Positions 41,600 through 57,250 of a DNA stretch of 64,000 bases are shown here, one piece after another. The DNA is from the human T2T-CHM13v2.0 reference genome, Homo sapiens: NCBI RefSeq assembly GCF_009914755.1, contig NC_060941.1; one strand, given 5' to 3'. Positions within the stretch are counted from its first letter, which is position 1; each line of letters begins with the position of its first letter. The translations under genes and the position numbers were made by a program. Under the pieces are notes generated by a model, which worked only from the letters and a program-made list of their open reading frames with translations, made no database searches and was not told the DNA's origin.

Positions 41600-43170
41600 T
41601 TTTAGTAAACTTTTGTTATTCAATTATGACACATAAATAAAATGAACAGATCTTAAATTACACCTTGATACATTTTACAAAATGAACAAATTCTTTAACC
41701 ACTAAAATCAAAATAGAGAATATTGTCAGTACTCCAGAGTCCTTCCTTCTTGCCCTGTCCCTCACTAAAGTGACTATTATTTTGACTTCTGTCATCAGAG
41801 ATTAGTTTGTTCTTTTATTTGAAATTTATATAAATAAAATCTTACAGTACACACATTTTTGTATCTGGCTTCTTTTTCCCAAAATCATGTCTGTGAGATT
41901 CATCCATGTTACATGTAACATTACTATAGAATTCTCATCCCTGTATGATATTCTATTGTATGAATACATCACAATTTATTCATTTTACTATAGATGAACA
42001 CTTGCATTGTTTTCAGTTTCATGATATTATGAATAACTTGCTACAAATATTTTTAGACATCAGTTGGAGCACATGTGTGTTATATATGTAAATAGAACCT
42101 CTGGATCTTAGAGTATAAACATGTTCAAATTCATTAGACTATCAATTTTCCCAAATTGGCTGTACTAGTTTTTAAATTCCACCAGCAGTATATGAAAATT
42201 GTAGTTGCTACACTATCTTGACAATATTATATATTGTCACTTATTTTTAATTTTTGCTATTATGGCTTAATTAATATTGGATTTTTATTTTCCTAACAAC
42301 TAATAATGTACATCTTTTATAAGCATATTGGCATCTTTTTATGTAGTTTCTGTTCATATTTAGTAAAGTGCTCACTCAATATTCTCCCTTTTTCTAAAAA
42401 ATTGAGTTTTTTATATTCTTAAATGAAATAATGTATAAGAAGTATGTCTCTTTTACCTATATATCATATATTTTATATTACTCATATATAGATACATATT
42501 CTCTCAACTTATGGCTTCCATGTTTACTTTTAATACTGAGTTTTAGTTAAGAGAAGAACTTAATTTTAAAAGTCTAATCTCACAATTCTCTCTTTTATGG
42601 TTAGTGCTTTCCCTCTTCTATTTAAGAAACTCTTGTACAACTCCAGAATCATAATTTATTTATATTATAGAATTTCTTTTAACATTTCTAAACTGTAATG
42701 TGGAAACATTTTCGTGTTCATTAATCTACATAAATATAGAACATAAATATATAAGTGATCTGGTGCAATATATTGAAAAGACCACATTTCCCTTACTGCA
42801 CCTTCCCTAGTATGATATCTTGCTGTAAATAAGTTAATTCTATTCATATGCATCTGTTTCTGGATTTTCTAATCTATTCCATTGGTTTATTTTTTCTTTC
42901 CTTCTGGTAGTACAACAATGTATTAAGTCTTAATATGTCTTGTTATCCTGCAGGATGAATCTTCCAACTCTCTTCTTCCTCAGGATTCTCTACCCACTTT
43001 CAAAGTCCTTCAATATAATACTGAAGAGATGTGGTGATAAATGACATCCTACTCTAGTTTTTGACCTCAGGATGTAAGTTTTTGAAACTGCAGCATTAGC
43101 ATGATGTATACTTGTAGAATTTTGAAAATAACCTTTATCAGATTAAAAAACTTCACTTCTGCTTCTAAGT
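41600..43170 (-). mobile_element. L1ME/L1MC 3' end extending into ORF2
   Basis: tttgtatctggcttcttt...tgagattcatccatgtt...ttccaccagcagtatatgaaaatt...atttattgaaaagacc-like segments. Confidence 0.75.
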
Positions 43171-43179
43171 AGACCAGGG

Positions 43180-44650
<1,471 letters not shown>

Positions 44651-45339
44651 TTATATTATCTTTATGTTGTTTCTTAAGGCGTAATAGTGAAATAGTATGA
44701 AGTATTAAATGATGACCTTAAAAAAAATCTTTTATCTGAAATATTCCAACACAGTTTTAAATGTGAGGTAGATCTGAGTTTACTGCCTCAAAAATTTATA
44801 ATCAGAAACATTTTAAGCCAAACAGCATCTCTAGGATGATTTATCTGAAACCCCTTTGTTTTATTTCTGAGGTCACAAAGGGATTGAAAGACTTGCTAAA
44901 GGTTCTAGAGCAGATAACGCCTCAACTTTCCATCTTATTCTATTTATGGAGACACTTTCCGTGAACCTGATTACTAATATGACCCAATTGCAGTAGCTGG
45001 GGGTGGGGGAACAAGTAAATATTTCCTTGTTTACTCTGTAAAGCATTCAGTTATGCACTAAAAATAAGAAAGAGGATACTTTGGGAAATAATTCTCTGAC
45101 TGTTCTAGTTTATCTAAGTGAACCTAAATAAAACAATTATTACGATATTATAAATTGGCTCTGGGAATCTCCAGCTCTGTTTTTTGTTCCATTAGATATG
45201 TACCATCTTACCAAGTTTCCTGATCCTGTGAATTTCTTGTAAGTTCTACCTCATTTCTCATTCTGTTTATGTATTGACTTACAGTCCTGAACACCCAACT
45301 CTTTATCTAATATTGTGTTGTCTGTTATTCCTTCTACTA

Positions 45340-45460
45340 AAAGTCAGAATGTGAATCCTGGCTCTCTGCCCCTTATCAGCCATGCAATTTGGGCAAATTA
45401 TCTGCTTCTGAGCCTTGTTTTCTTTATATGTAAAATTAGCATAATAAATATAACACCTGC
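45340..45460 (+). mobile_element. MIR fragment
   Basis: gtgaatcctggctctctgcc...ttgggcaaattatctgcttctgagccttgttttctttatatgtaaaat. Confidence 0.65.
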
Positions 45461-45626
45461 ATAGTTGAAGCTCAATTTATATCATTGTGTGTTTCTTAAA
45501 CATTAAAATTCTACTGTTTATTAATCATAAAATTAATTTAAGAATGAGATAAGTGAATAGTTTCTACCATAGGCAGGTGTTAAGCCAATTACATTAAACA
45601 AAATTCTAGAAATAAAGTACTTTGAT

Positions 45627-45851
45627 GAGGGCTCAGCAGATACGGTCCATAGGCCAAATCCTGTTCACCACCTATTTTTATAAATAAAGTTTTATTGGAA
45701 CACAACCATATCCATTTGCTTACATAATAAATATGGCTGCTTTGCTGTTAAAAAGGCAACTATATTTGTGTAGTTGCAATCGACTGGGTAACTCACAAAA
45801 CCTGAAATATTTATTAGCTAGCCTTTTACAGAAAAACAGTTCACTGACCTC
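45627..45851 (+). mobile_element. MER58A (hAT-Charlie)
   Basis: ggccaaatcctgttcaccacctatttttataaataaagttttattggaacaca...aaaacctgaaatatttattagctagccttttacagaaaa. Confidence 0.85.
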
Positions 45852-47749
45852 ATCTTAAAGCATTGCCTGGCATAACAATACACATTAATTGTGTATTGTC
45901 AACCAACCCTTTTCAAAATAATACAAAATCCAGACTTCATTATAGTTCTTAAATACTTACTGATAAGTTTGATTGGTATTTAGGAAATCCACGCCAATTT
46001 TTATGAATTCTACATTAAAAGAGCATTTTTTGCTAGTATGCTTTCCTTTTTCTGTGGGTGAAAACAAATTTCTGGTGTATTATTTTTAAATTTAAGAGTA
46101 GTAATTATGCACAGCTGAAGTAAATACATTTTGCATAATAATTAATGATTTATAGAGTCTACTAAGGCTAGTTTGAGCTATTGGATATAATGTGCATTTT
46201 TTCTCTTAACAATCCTCATAAATCAAGATTTACTCATATTAAATAATACTAAAAAAGAAACTCATTTCTCTTTTGCTGTTGTATACAAGAACATTAAACA
46301 TATAACTTTCATTTAATTTCAGATAGTTAATATAAAACATTGCAGAGGAAATGGATATCTATTTTGGAAAGATGGAGGCAATTGTTGTCTATGGCAAGAC
46401 AGAGAAAACACATTTCTTTCTACTTGAAACTAAGATTATTTATAAAAGGAAAACTACCTAGGAGATGATGACTGGGTAAAGCTTGTCTAACCAGAGCCAT
46501 GGCTTCTTCCTCATGCTATTCCTGGAAACCACCTTTTAAAATTGTTCCCATAAGATGTTGGATCATACCCAATGTGAAACCATCAAAAGATAATTGTTAT
46601 AATAGCAACAATAATAAGTGCCATAATGAGTCACTAGACATCTGTATTTACATGCTGAGGGATTATGTCTTAGTTTCTATATCCAAAGTTAGGGTTGTAA
46701 TTATTATACATAAGTTACCATTATGCCCAGGTAGGACATTTAATATACACTCAATAAATAATTATTTATTGAATAACAAACAGTTTACCTTGCATTATAA
46801 GGAAATCTGACTAGATGAGAAGGAATTTTAGTAACTATAGAAATCAGTAATGATTCTAACATGATCAAAACGTCAGCATATGTGGAACATGAAAGTTAGA
46901 AGTTTTATTGCTCTATGATATAGTAAAACAAACTATGGAACAAACGCTAATGGTGAAAAATAAAGAAAAGCTATGAGAAACAGTATATAGAAAAAAATCA
47001 TCAGAAGTTGATGATTAATTCAGTGTGAAGTAATGGATTAAGGAAAATGAAATCAAGGAAGTCCTCATTCCCACTGTATGAAAAAATCATATTTAGGAAT
47101 AATTTCAATAAAGAATTATGGATATTGAGATGATGGATAATTCCATGATACATTTAGTTTTAATGAAGAAAAGATTATGTCAAGCTAAATCTTAGAATTT
47201 GGAAGAAGGGGAAAAAAGTAAAACAGAAATGGCCAGGTTCCAAAGACATAAAACAGTGCATTGTTGGAACTGAAGAAAATAGTTCCAAGAAGTTCCATAC
47301 AAATACTAAACGATCAAAAAGCCCTGAAAAAAAATGACACTATATTTGATAGTTTGTATGCCACAGTCAACCTTGTTAATATCATTTTGGTAAAATAAGG
47401 GGAGTGGAAACCTTGCTATGGAGCCAGCGTTCTGACACATGGAAATGAAGGCAATTAGGGCAAACACATGTTTGAGAAATTGGGGTGTCAAATAAAATGA
47501 ATAGTAACTCTAGAGAGTCACAGCACGAGGAGTAATATTTTCTTTTACAAGGTAGAAGAGGCCAAAGGTTTTCCTACTTAAGACAGAAATAGCATAAAGA
47601 ATGAGCTTGCATGTACAAGAAAGACTGAGAAAATAAGTAGGAAGGAGTTTAAAAAGGGGGATGGAATCTTCAGCAATCATTTGATTCTTTGTCTCTTTGC
47701 TCACCTAATCCTCTAAGTTAAAGCTATTTCACCTTCATCTATGGCTCAA

Positions 47750-48085
47750 AGTCAACAATAATTGTATATTTTAAAATAAAGAATGTGATTGGATTGTTTG
47801 TAACTCAAAGGATAAATGCTTGAGGGGATGGATAGCCCATTCTCCATGATGTGCTTATTTCACATTGCATGTCTGTATCAAAACATCTCATTTACCCCAC
47901 AAATAAATAAACATATTTACATTTATTTATATATTTATATAATATATAAAATATTAGTGACAATGAATAATAATAATATATAAAATATTTATTATATATT
48001 TATTATATATTCATTTATAAATATATATATTTATACATATGTATGTACTCAGTACCCACACAAATTTAAAAAATAATAAAAAATC
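47750..48085 (+). mobile_element. L1MA1/2-like 3' end with internal AT-rich expansion
   Basis: ggattgtttgtaactcaaaggataaatgcttgaggggatgga...tatcaaaacatctcat...gtacccaca...aaaaaataataaaaaa. Confidence 0.85.
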
Positions 48086-48324
48086 TAAAAAGGAAACCCA
48101 TATCAGGATTCAAAACTAATATTTTCTTGAGAGAGGACACATATCAAAGACAAAGTCACCCTTAGAAGTGTCAGGAGCTCTTTGCTCTGCAATTACACAT
48201 GTATACACTGCCCAGTAGCAATGGCTAAGATAAGCAAATTGAAAATGGAGACCAGTTTAGCTTTCCAGATCCTTTGTGAGTCTGTTTGACCTAAGGATGT
48301 CTAATAGCATCATGGAAATAAGAC

Positions 48325-48852
48325 CAGAGGCTCCTAGTCATTTTGGCACGAGGGACCAGTTTCATGGAAGACAGTTTAACCACAGACCAGGTGTTGGGGA
48401 GGTTGTGGATGATTCAAATGCATTACATTTGTTGTGCACTTTATTTCTATTATTATTACATTGTAATATATAATAAAACAGTTGTGCAACTCACCATAAT
48501 GTAGAATCAGTGGGAGCCCTGAGCTTGTTTTCCTGCAACTAGATGGTCCCATCTGGGGGTGATGGGAGACAGTGACAGATCATCAGGCATTGGATACTCA
48601 TAAGGAGCGTGCAACCTAGATCCCTTTCGTGTGCAGTTCATAGTAGGGTTTGCGCTCCTGTGAGAATCTAATGCTGCTGCTGATCTGTCAGGAGGTGGAG
48701 CTCAGGTGGTAATGCAAGCAATGGGGAGTGGCTGTAAATACAGATGAAGCTTTGCTTGCTTGCCCACCACTCATCTCCTGCTGTGTGGCCCAGTTCTTAA
48801 CATGCCACCATGGACCAGCACTAGTCTGTGGCCTAGGGGTTGGGAACTCCTG
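48325..48852 (+). mobile_element. MER1A (hAT-Charlie), complete
   Basis: ttttggcacgagggaccagtttcatggaagaca...ggggttgggaactcctg; 528 bp; 8-bp TSD aataagac / aattagac. Confidence 0.92.
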
Positions 48853-49783
48853 AATTAGACAATGAGGCCTCTGAAAAACAAGATTCTAGGATAAATTTTG
48901 ATAAGGTTATATAATTCCTTCTTGGTGATTTCCCTTTCAATTAGCTTGCCTAATACTATTCCATCTTATGGAATGGAGGCCTACTAAATATCTAACAGTC
49001 CCATTTTGGAGGTTTTATCATTGAGAATTGTATCCAGTGATCTTATTTTTGGTTAACAATGGACACCTTTTGATAAGGACCAGATAAGTTGGAAAGCAAA
49101 ACCAACAAACAAAATGAAGTTGTCAATCAAACAAGCGAAATAAAGGATACTTCTGTGTGGTTCAGATATCTTTGTGTCAAGACATCATTGAGCAAAGGGG
49201 ATTTGTGTCCTCAGTTGAAGAAAGTAGAAAATTAAATCCTAAGAATCCAAATTTAACTAAGGATATCTACTGTTTTAAAACCCATTGCTCTCACAAAATT
49301 GCAATCATAAAACAAGAAGAAAATAAAACTGTGGTGTAACAGAGCTACAAAACATCAGTAAGGAACCAAGCAAATAAAAAAGACATGTAGTATTTTCGCA
49401 GACTTCAGTGCTATGTCTCTATTGCCTGGATAATTGGTATGAATGTGCCAGTCAGTCAAAGCATACATAGCATTTGGTGCAATGACGTCTCCCATTTGTA
49501 ACATAAAAATAAGATTGTTATTTTCATAACAGATCACCACATTGTACTCTTTTAATTATTAGACTTAAAGCTTATATTGATCTCTTTGATTCCTGATCCA
49601 GAAGAGCCTTTGCAAACCAAGACTACTCGCTCCTGTGGGGCATCAGTTTTTCAGGTTGATAAGAGTTGCAGTACCTTGAGGAATTTCCAGTGCTATTGGC
49701 TTCACCCCTTCTTCAAGCTACTGACATTCTTGTCCTTCATTGGTAGTTATGACATTGTTTGACCAAGTGGAAGGCCCATATAG

Positions 49784-50131
<348 letters not shown>

Positions 50132-51317
50132 CAGGCCTTTTTATATGCTGAAAAACTAAACAGTGGAAGCAACCCTATCTGTATGCTACTCCTGCCTGGA
50201 ACTCATGAGCAACTTCCTTACCTGCTAAAAAAGAGGGTGGCTGTGTCTGAGGCAAAAGTCATTGTTGTTTGTTTAATTTTAATTACAAGCAAAATTAAGT
50301 CTAAACATGAGACTTAGAAGCCAAACCAAATCGAAGCTATTGGAATTGGCGCACTATTCTGCCTGCCACATGGCAGGGTGCAGTCTCAACAACCCTTCCG
50401 TGCCTTACATCCTTAAGAACTAGAATCTTGGGTCTGGCTGGCATTTTGAAGAAGGCACATCCAAGCAGAAGAGAAGCACATTATTGAAATCAGAGAAGCC
50501 TCAGAGCCATTCCACTATGATAATTTACTGTCTGCACTTTTAAAAGGCTAATTTAGAAGTGGAGTAAGCTCCTAGTTTTATGTTTACACACTGCCCTTTT
50601 TCGTTATTGCAGCTGACCCTTTCTCAACTCGATGATGAATCTGAGATTCTTATACCTCTTTCCAAATAATTTTAAGAGACAAAACTCATCTTCAACTGAA
50701 GGGAATAAATAACTCAGAGATGGCATTGGAATCCTTACTAGGGGGGCTTAGGTCAGGAAAGGCAAAGTTTTTCTATGGTGTGTGCCTCAAACATAAGCCT
50801 CTGGCTAGAGTCAGGACTTAGTAATCATAAGAGTCCTTTTCAGCCTCTCTCCTAACTTCACATATTAGTGCATGCGTTTGTTACAACCAAACCAGACTCT
50901 ACTGTTTCAGGATGCAGTTCATTCTAAAGCTTTTTTCCAAAGGGGATATCCAAATCTCCCAACAGGTGCGTTCAAAAGACCTCCAGTCCATACTCAGATG
51001 GCTTTGACCTATTTCCACCCTCCGAGTCTAACCACTACCCTCTTCAGTACCATTCACACCTCAAGGACATTATCCGGGTAGACTCCCCTTATTTAGTGTA
51101 TATGGACTGGTGTTCTCCACAGCACACAGAGAACTTCCGATGAATTGGTCTCTTCAGTTACAATTCAGTCTCTCTCTACTGAAGCCTCTGGAATAGTCAG
51201 TGACTTAGGATATGAACATAAACACTGCTCTGTCCCAGCTTGAGGTCTGGGTTCAGATCTTGCATTGGGTGACTGAAGGTTCCAGCCTTTGCTTCCTGAT
51301 TAACTAGAATCTCTCCC

Positions 51318-51615
51318 AGCCAGGTGTGGTGGCTCATGCCTGTAATCGCAGCACATTGGGAGCCGAGGCAGGTGGATCATTTGAGCTCAGGAGTTTAAGA
51401 CCAGCCTGGGCAACATAGTGAAACACTGTCTCTACAAAAAAAAAAAAAAAAAAAGAAAGAAAGAAAAATTAGCTGGGTGTGATGGCGTGAACCTGTAGTC
51501 GCAGCTACTTGGGGGGCTGAGGCAAGAGGATTCCCTAAGTCCAGGAGGTTGCCATCACACCACTGCACACCAGCCTGGGTGACAGAGTGAGACCCTGTCT
51601 CAAAAAATAAAAAAA
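51318..51615 (+). mobile_element. AluJ with expanded middle A-rich linker
   Basis: tttgagctcaggagtttaagaccagcctgggcaacatagtg...gagaccctgtctc. Confidence 0.92.
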
Positions 51616-52367
51616 TCTGTCAATGCTTGGTTCTTACCTAGTGCTCTAAATAGGTTCTTGTTAACATTACCAAAGAAGGTAGGAATAAGAAGAAATTTAT
51701 TTTCAGAATATGAATTGATGAAAAAATTCTTAATCACAGTTGTCTTCAGAATAAAAAAAATAAGGGATTGTTATTTTACAATTTAGTAAATATTCCCCAT
51801 GTGTTTCAGTATGTTAAAAGAATTCAGTAAATATCACAATTCAATTAAATCAGCCCAGGTTTTATGGCGGTGACCCCTCATGACTGGCCAATTTTAAGGC
51901 AACTTGATTAATATTCTTTTATTGATTCACAGAAAAGGAAATCATTCATTGGTCCCTGTGGGCATACCCTATAAAGCTTCTGGGCGTGAGACAGTGTGAG
52001 CAACAGGTTGTCCCTGCCGCTCCCTGGATCCAAACAGGTCTTTCAGAGTTGACAGAATAGTTATTAGAGACGGCCTTTCCTTTCCTTGATTGCCTTCAAC
52101 TGAATGTTCTAAAGATATAGAATGTGGTATTCACTTATTCTCATTAATTCATCACTTTCAAGCTTAAACTCTTTTATTAAAGAAAAAAAACTGAGGACCA
52201 GGTCAAACTGCAATTCTGGTGTTTATTTGAAACAAAAGTCATGAAACAATAGGCTTATAAAAATGAAAGGATCGTGAGAATTTTAGCCATTCTCTTCCCC
52301 TCAAAAATGAGCTGTGTATTATCTATGTAGGATGGTCATCTAGAATTTGTGTAGGTACTTAATTTCA

Positions 52368-52905
52368 TCATTCATTTATTCAACAAACATTTGTTGATCT
52401 CTATAAAATGTCAGGTGGTGTTCTGTGCCCTTGTAGTCATCAGTGAACAAAATAGCCAAAGATTACTGCCTTTTTTTGAAGTATACATTCTAGTTGGCAG
52501 TGTCAGACAAGCAAAAATATATATAATAAAAAGATAATTATATCTTATTTTAGGAAAATAGTTCTATAGAAATAAAAGGAAGAAAGGCAGAGCCAAGTTA
52601 AAAAAAAAAAGATTGAAAGTGCTAGAGTTAGGTGGATAGACATGGTTCCATGTTACAGAAGTTGGTCAGGGCAAGCTTAATTGGGAATGGTTAAGTAAAG
52701 TCTAGAAGGAGGTAAGAGAGAAAGCCTTGAGACTACCTGGGAAAATTGCTTTTCAAAGCTAGTAGGTGCCATACGATGGAGCTATGTCTGATGTGTGTGA
52801 GGAAAGACAAAGTTTTAGTGAGGGAATGAGAGCACAGATGGGGAGGTCAGGTAGGTCACAGAGGCTTTTGGGGGTACTACAGGTCACTGTAAACAAACTT
52901 AGGGT
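52368..52905 (-). mobile_element. L2a 3' fragment
   Basis: tcattcatttattcaacaaacatttgttga...cagtgaacaaaatagcc...tatacattctagt. Confidence 0.7.
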
Positions 52906-52911
52906 TTTTGC

Positions 52912-53098
52912 TTTGTTTTGTAACTTTTACTTTAAGTTCAAGGGTTCAAGTGCGGGTTTGTTACATAGATACGCTTGTGTTATGGTGGTTTGTTGTACAG
53001 ATTATTTCATCACCCAGGTATTAAGCCCAGTACACATTAGTTATTTTTCCTGCTCCTCTCCCTCCTCCCCTCCTCTACCCTCTGATGGGCCCCACTGT
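52912..53098 (-). mobile_element. L1PA13-16 3' end
   Basis: aacttttactttaagttcaaggg...acagattatttcatcacccaggtattaagcccagtac. Confidence 0.85.
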
Positions 53099-56000
53099 AA
53101 ATGTTTGTTGGATTTTGCTGGTAACATACATATATGCTGCATATCTTCTTTTAAGTATCAAATAGTACATCATCGAAAATAAAATATAATTTAACCTGCT
53201 GTTTTATAGTATTTCCTTTCTTATCCAAAACTTTAATGCTGTGCATGACCAAGGTCTTTTGATAATAGCATATTCTCATGTGAATCAGTAAAACTGGATC
53301 ACAATGAACAGTTTTGGAAATTCTTGGTAAGTTGGCCTCTTAGCCTTGAATATGCCTATCCTAATCCCTTCTGTCGTGTTAGAGGAACTTTTTTTTTGTT
53401 TCTTCTTTTCGTGAGTAGTAATAGACTTGTTCCTACTGGTTAAATGCCTGAGCTTTCTTTTTTGTACCATAAATCATAGGACAGTACATCTTCACATTAT
53501 CTGGAAAAACACACTAAGAAAAAAACAAAAACACATGCATTTCCTCCATGCCCTTGAATACTTTGCAAGGTCCCTGGAATAACAGTACTCTCTGCTTCCC
53601 TGTTTAGTCACATAAGGAAACCTATAGATGGCACCACTGCTGCCAGTAGCCATCTTGCTGTAATACGAGCCAAACTTCAGAAAAAGGGCAGTGAAATGGA
53701 CTTAGAATCCCAGTAAACTTTGTATCAAACCAAACTTAGAGCTCACTCTGTCTTTAAATTTTTCAGGTGTAAGTAAAATGTTTGCTTATTTTTAAAGCTT
53801 CTTTGAATTAAGAATATTAATACAGGCAACATATGTACTTCTAATGCAATATCTAAGAACAATTGCCTCCAACAAAAAAGGCATAAAATGTATTTCTCAA
53901 GAAATGTCACTTTTTTTAGCAAGAACATCAGCTTCAGCTTGCAGGAAGTTAATTGAAAATCCCCATAGATAGAAATGACTGAAGTGAATGCCCTTCAGGT
54001 CAATAAAGCATTGCTCAGTTCCTTAGGTCTTTTGATAAACTTGCAGTTCATTTGGCTTCCCCTGCTGTTGTTCATTAATAATCACTGAAGCTTAATAATT
54101 ATTTCCTAATGCTTATCACTTATTTTTCCACCCCACTTTATTACTGTCTCACATTAGTTACCTTGCTCCCATTGTGCGTGTGTGTGCATATATGTGTATT
54201 TATTTTCCAATAGCATGGTTTTATTTTGCAATTTTTTTATCTTTTAAAATGAAGATGGGAAAACTCTAATATATAATTTCAATGTATTTAAAAATGAATT
54301 ATTTTGGACTGTAATGTGAAAGTAAATGTAGTCATAACCGAAAGCAATTTTGAAAGTTCTAAATGAATCCTTATTTTCTTTTAAAAACATTAAATTACAG
54401 TGGTTGGATGTGTCTGATGAGCTTCCCCCTTACCTTTCAAAATGTTTGCTTTGGATATAAATATATTTTTATAACTCAGTTAATTTGCATATACATTCAA
54501 TTTTCACCCCAATCCAAAATCCAAACCCCTGCTATTTTTCTGTCTGCACCCCACCTGTGGTAACACTGTCACGTTGTGATTTTCAAGCTTAATTTCTGTC
54601 TTCAAAAGCAACAGAAGCAGTTTTGTGTTTAAGCCAACAGAGACCTAGTTTAAAATTTCTCTCTTTTCTCATTTGCACATTTTTAATATTCCTTTTATCG
54701 CATTCCCCCCACATACATCTTGAAAAGAAATAAAATATCTCAAGTGATTCAACTTTAAGTACTGTATTTGCCAACAAGGCATTGAAAACAAAATACTCTC
54801 AAACTGCAGGATATTTTATAATCACAAATTTGCTCATTCCCATTATCCCCAAGGGGCTAAAGCACATATTATTATTCCATTAAGGAAATGAAGACTCTCC
54901 GAGCCAAGCAATCCTCTCTTTAGCTCCCTCCTCCCATTCCCATGTTCTAAAACTTTCTCTGCATAAATAGTTCTCAAACTTTGTTAGCTATAACCTTGTG
55001 ACTTGCAGAAGATTCTTAAGGGTCACTCCTGCAGGGATTCTTAAGAGGTAATCCAGGTTGGTTCTGTTTTCCCACTTGAAACAAAGCAGCTCAGCCTTTG
55101 CATTGTATGTTGTAGGTCTGTCTCATATTGTACTTGGAAAAATGAAAATTAAAAAGGAACTTGGTGTTCAACATGGCTGAACATAATTTTTTAATTAAGA
55201 GTTTATCCATGAATACAGTACTCTAGATTTTTCCTAGAAGCTACCCAAATCAACACAAAATAACGATGACAAAAATCCAAAACAGTCAAAGCAAAATTTA
55301 ACATTTATATTTTTCTCTAAAAATATTTCTATACTAAAATAATTCATGAAAAATATTGCTTGTATTTAATATACAAATTCATTCTATTATTTTTTCAAAA
55401 TGACATATAGTTATTTTGACCTATAGAATCCATCAGGCACCAAGATTGGGGTAGATCCCTCTTAAAATTAATCTGTTTTATCATATACAATTTATTTATG
55501 AAAGTTTTCTTCTATTTCTACTTGTTTTTGTATAAGTGTGTGCTAAATTTTATCAAATGCTTTCTCTAGATCTATTCATATGTTTATACTTTTTTCTTTA
55601 TACTTTAATGTGGAAAATTACACTGAGTTTTTTCTTAGTCTTTTAGATAATTCTGATGTAAAGGGGCATGACTTTTTTCCTTGGAGAAATGCTCAGTGCA
55701 ACTGATGTTATGATTTGACCTGTTACTTTTTGAGATTAATTAAAAATTATCATTTCCCAGAGTATCATGAATGCTGTTCTAATTATTTAGAATAAATCCA
55801 AAGTAATTGCATATTTATAATGTGTTGACAATGTTTGAATTAAAGGCCCAGAATAGCCTTTTCCAAGATGTGTTCTGTTGATTTCTAACTTCACAGAATG
55901 CTCAAATTGACTTTCATGCTTATATACATTTGGGAAACAACACACACTAGATCTTAGGAATCTTAGGATTTACTTAGGAAATCAAAGTATATGTTAGCAG

Positions 56001-57049
56001 ATTAAAGGTTCTTATAAGTTCTGTGGAATACATTTATTCATCTTTTTTACTGAAGGACCTCTTTCTTTGCAAACATTTGACAGCTTTTGAAGCCATTAAC
56101 ACACTTGCGGAAAGTTCTGTCTTTTGTAGATGAGGATTTTTGAAAAGCTTTATCAAGTTAGAGTTTATTAACTTGTGATAATCTGGAGATTTACCAAACC
56201 TATGCTTTCCTTTAAAATCTATATAAAAATATAATTTCTGATTCTATAAAGAGTTTAAGACTATATAAGAAGCAAAGACATCATTGAATGTTCATATCTA
56301 AATAATAGTTAAACTTCTATGTAGGCACAGGTGTCCCTTTTAACTATCTCTTATTTTTGCAAAAACAAATATTTTATTTCTAACTCTTTAAGCATAAGTT
56401 AAATTAAAGCCCCAAAAAACCACTTACTGAAGAGGAATGAAAAATAAATCATGACAAAAAAAGTAGGCTTTTAAAATTGCAAGTGGCAATTGCGCTTTAT
56501 ACATGTACAAAAGAGTTTAAACTTGCTATACCAAAACCTCATTTACCTGAAGTACAATAATTCTAAATTTTTAACAGCTTAACCTGCTAAAGGAATCTGG
56601 TGAAATTAACCTTTTTAATATCTGTGAAAGAGGATATAGAAATCAAATTAAAATCATGGAAGCAATAATTCAGTGAATGCCATAATTTCTTTCTTCTTTT
56701 GTGACTACTTAATATCTTAATTAAAAATCTCTCTTATCTATTTGCAAAAGCATTTACAAACTCTAACATTGAGTAGCCTTACCCCAAGCCAGTCAATGTG
56801 CATGAACTGGAAGATGATTTGCAGATAGATAACTTTTAAATTGCTTCTTTATTAACTACAATAACACAAGGTATCTTTCATTTCTTTCATACGCAACTTC
56901 TTTCTGAGTCTTCCAATTCTTTGTCACCCTTCTCCTGAGGTCAGGGAAAATATGCAAGGTATTTCTGAGGAGAATGGTATGACTAAGCAAATCTTTAATC
57001 CATAAAGTTTTCTTGATCTTCTTATGTAATAATGGCATAAAAGAATGGA

Positions 57050-57250
57050 GACTAATATTTACTGAGCAGCTAATTGGTATAAACACCATGTCGGGAGCTT
57101 CCTATGCCTTTTAAGCCTTACAGCAAACCTCCAAACATCTCCATTTTGCTGATGAGCAAAAGTCTGGAAAGGTCATTCAGTAAATAAGTAGTGGGCTTGA
57201 ACATGAAGTCAAATTCATCTTGCTCTCAACGCTATGTTTTTTCTACCCTG
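57050..57250 (-). mobile_element. MIR fragment
   Basis: ctaatatttactgagca...ctccattttgctgatgag...taagtagtggg. Confidence 0.5.

Noticed and set aside
52766-53182. Longest ORF (138 aa)
   Set aside because: Spans L2 and antisense L1PA sequence; chance ORF
53621-53637. Second CTCF-like motif cctatagatggcac
   Set aside because: Two mismatches in the core and possibly inside an old MLT fragment
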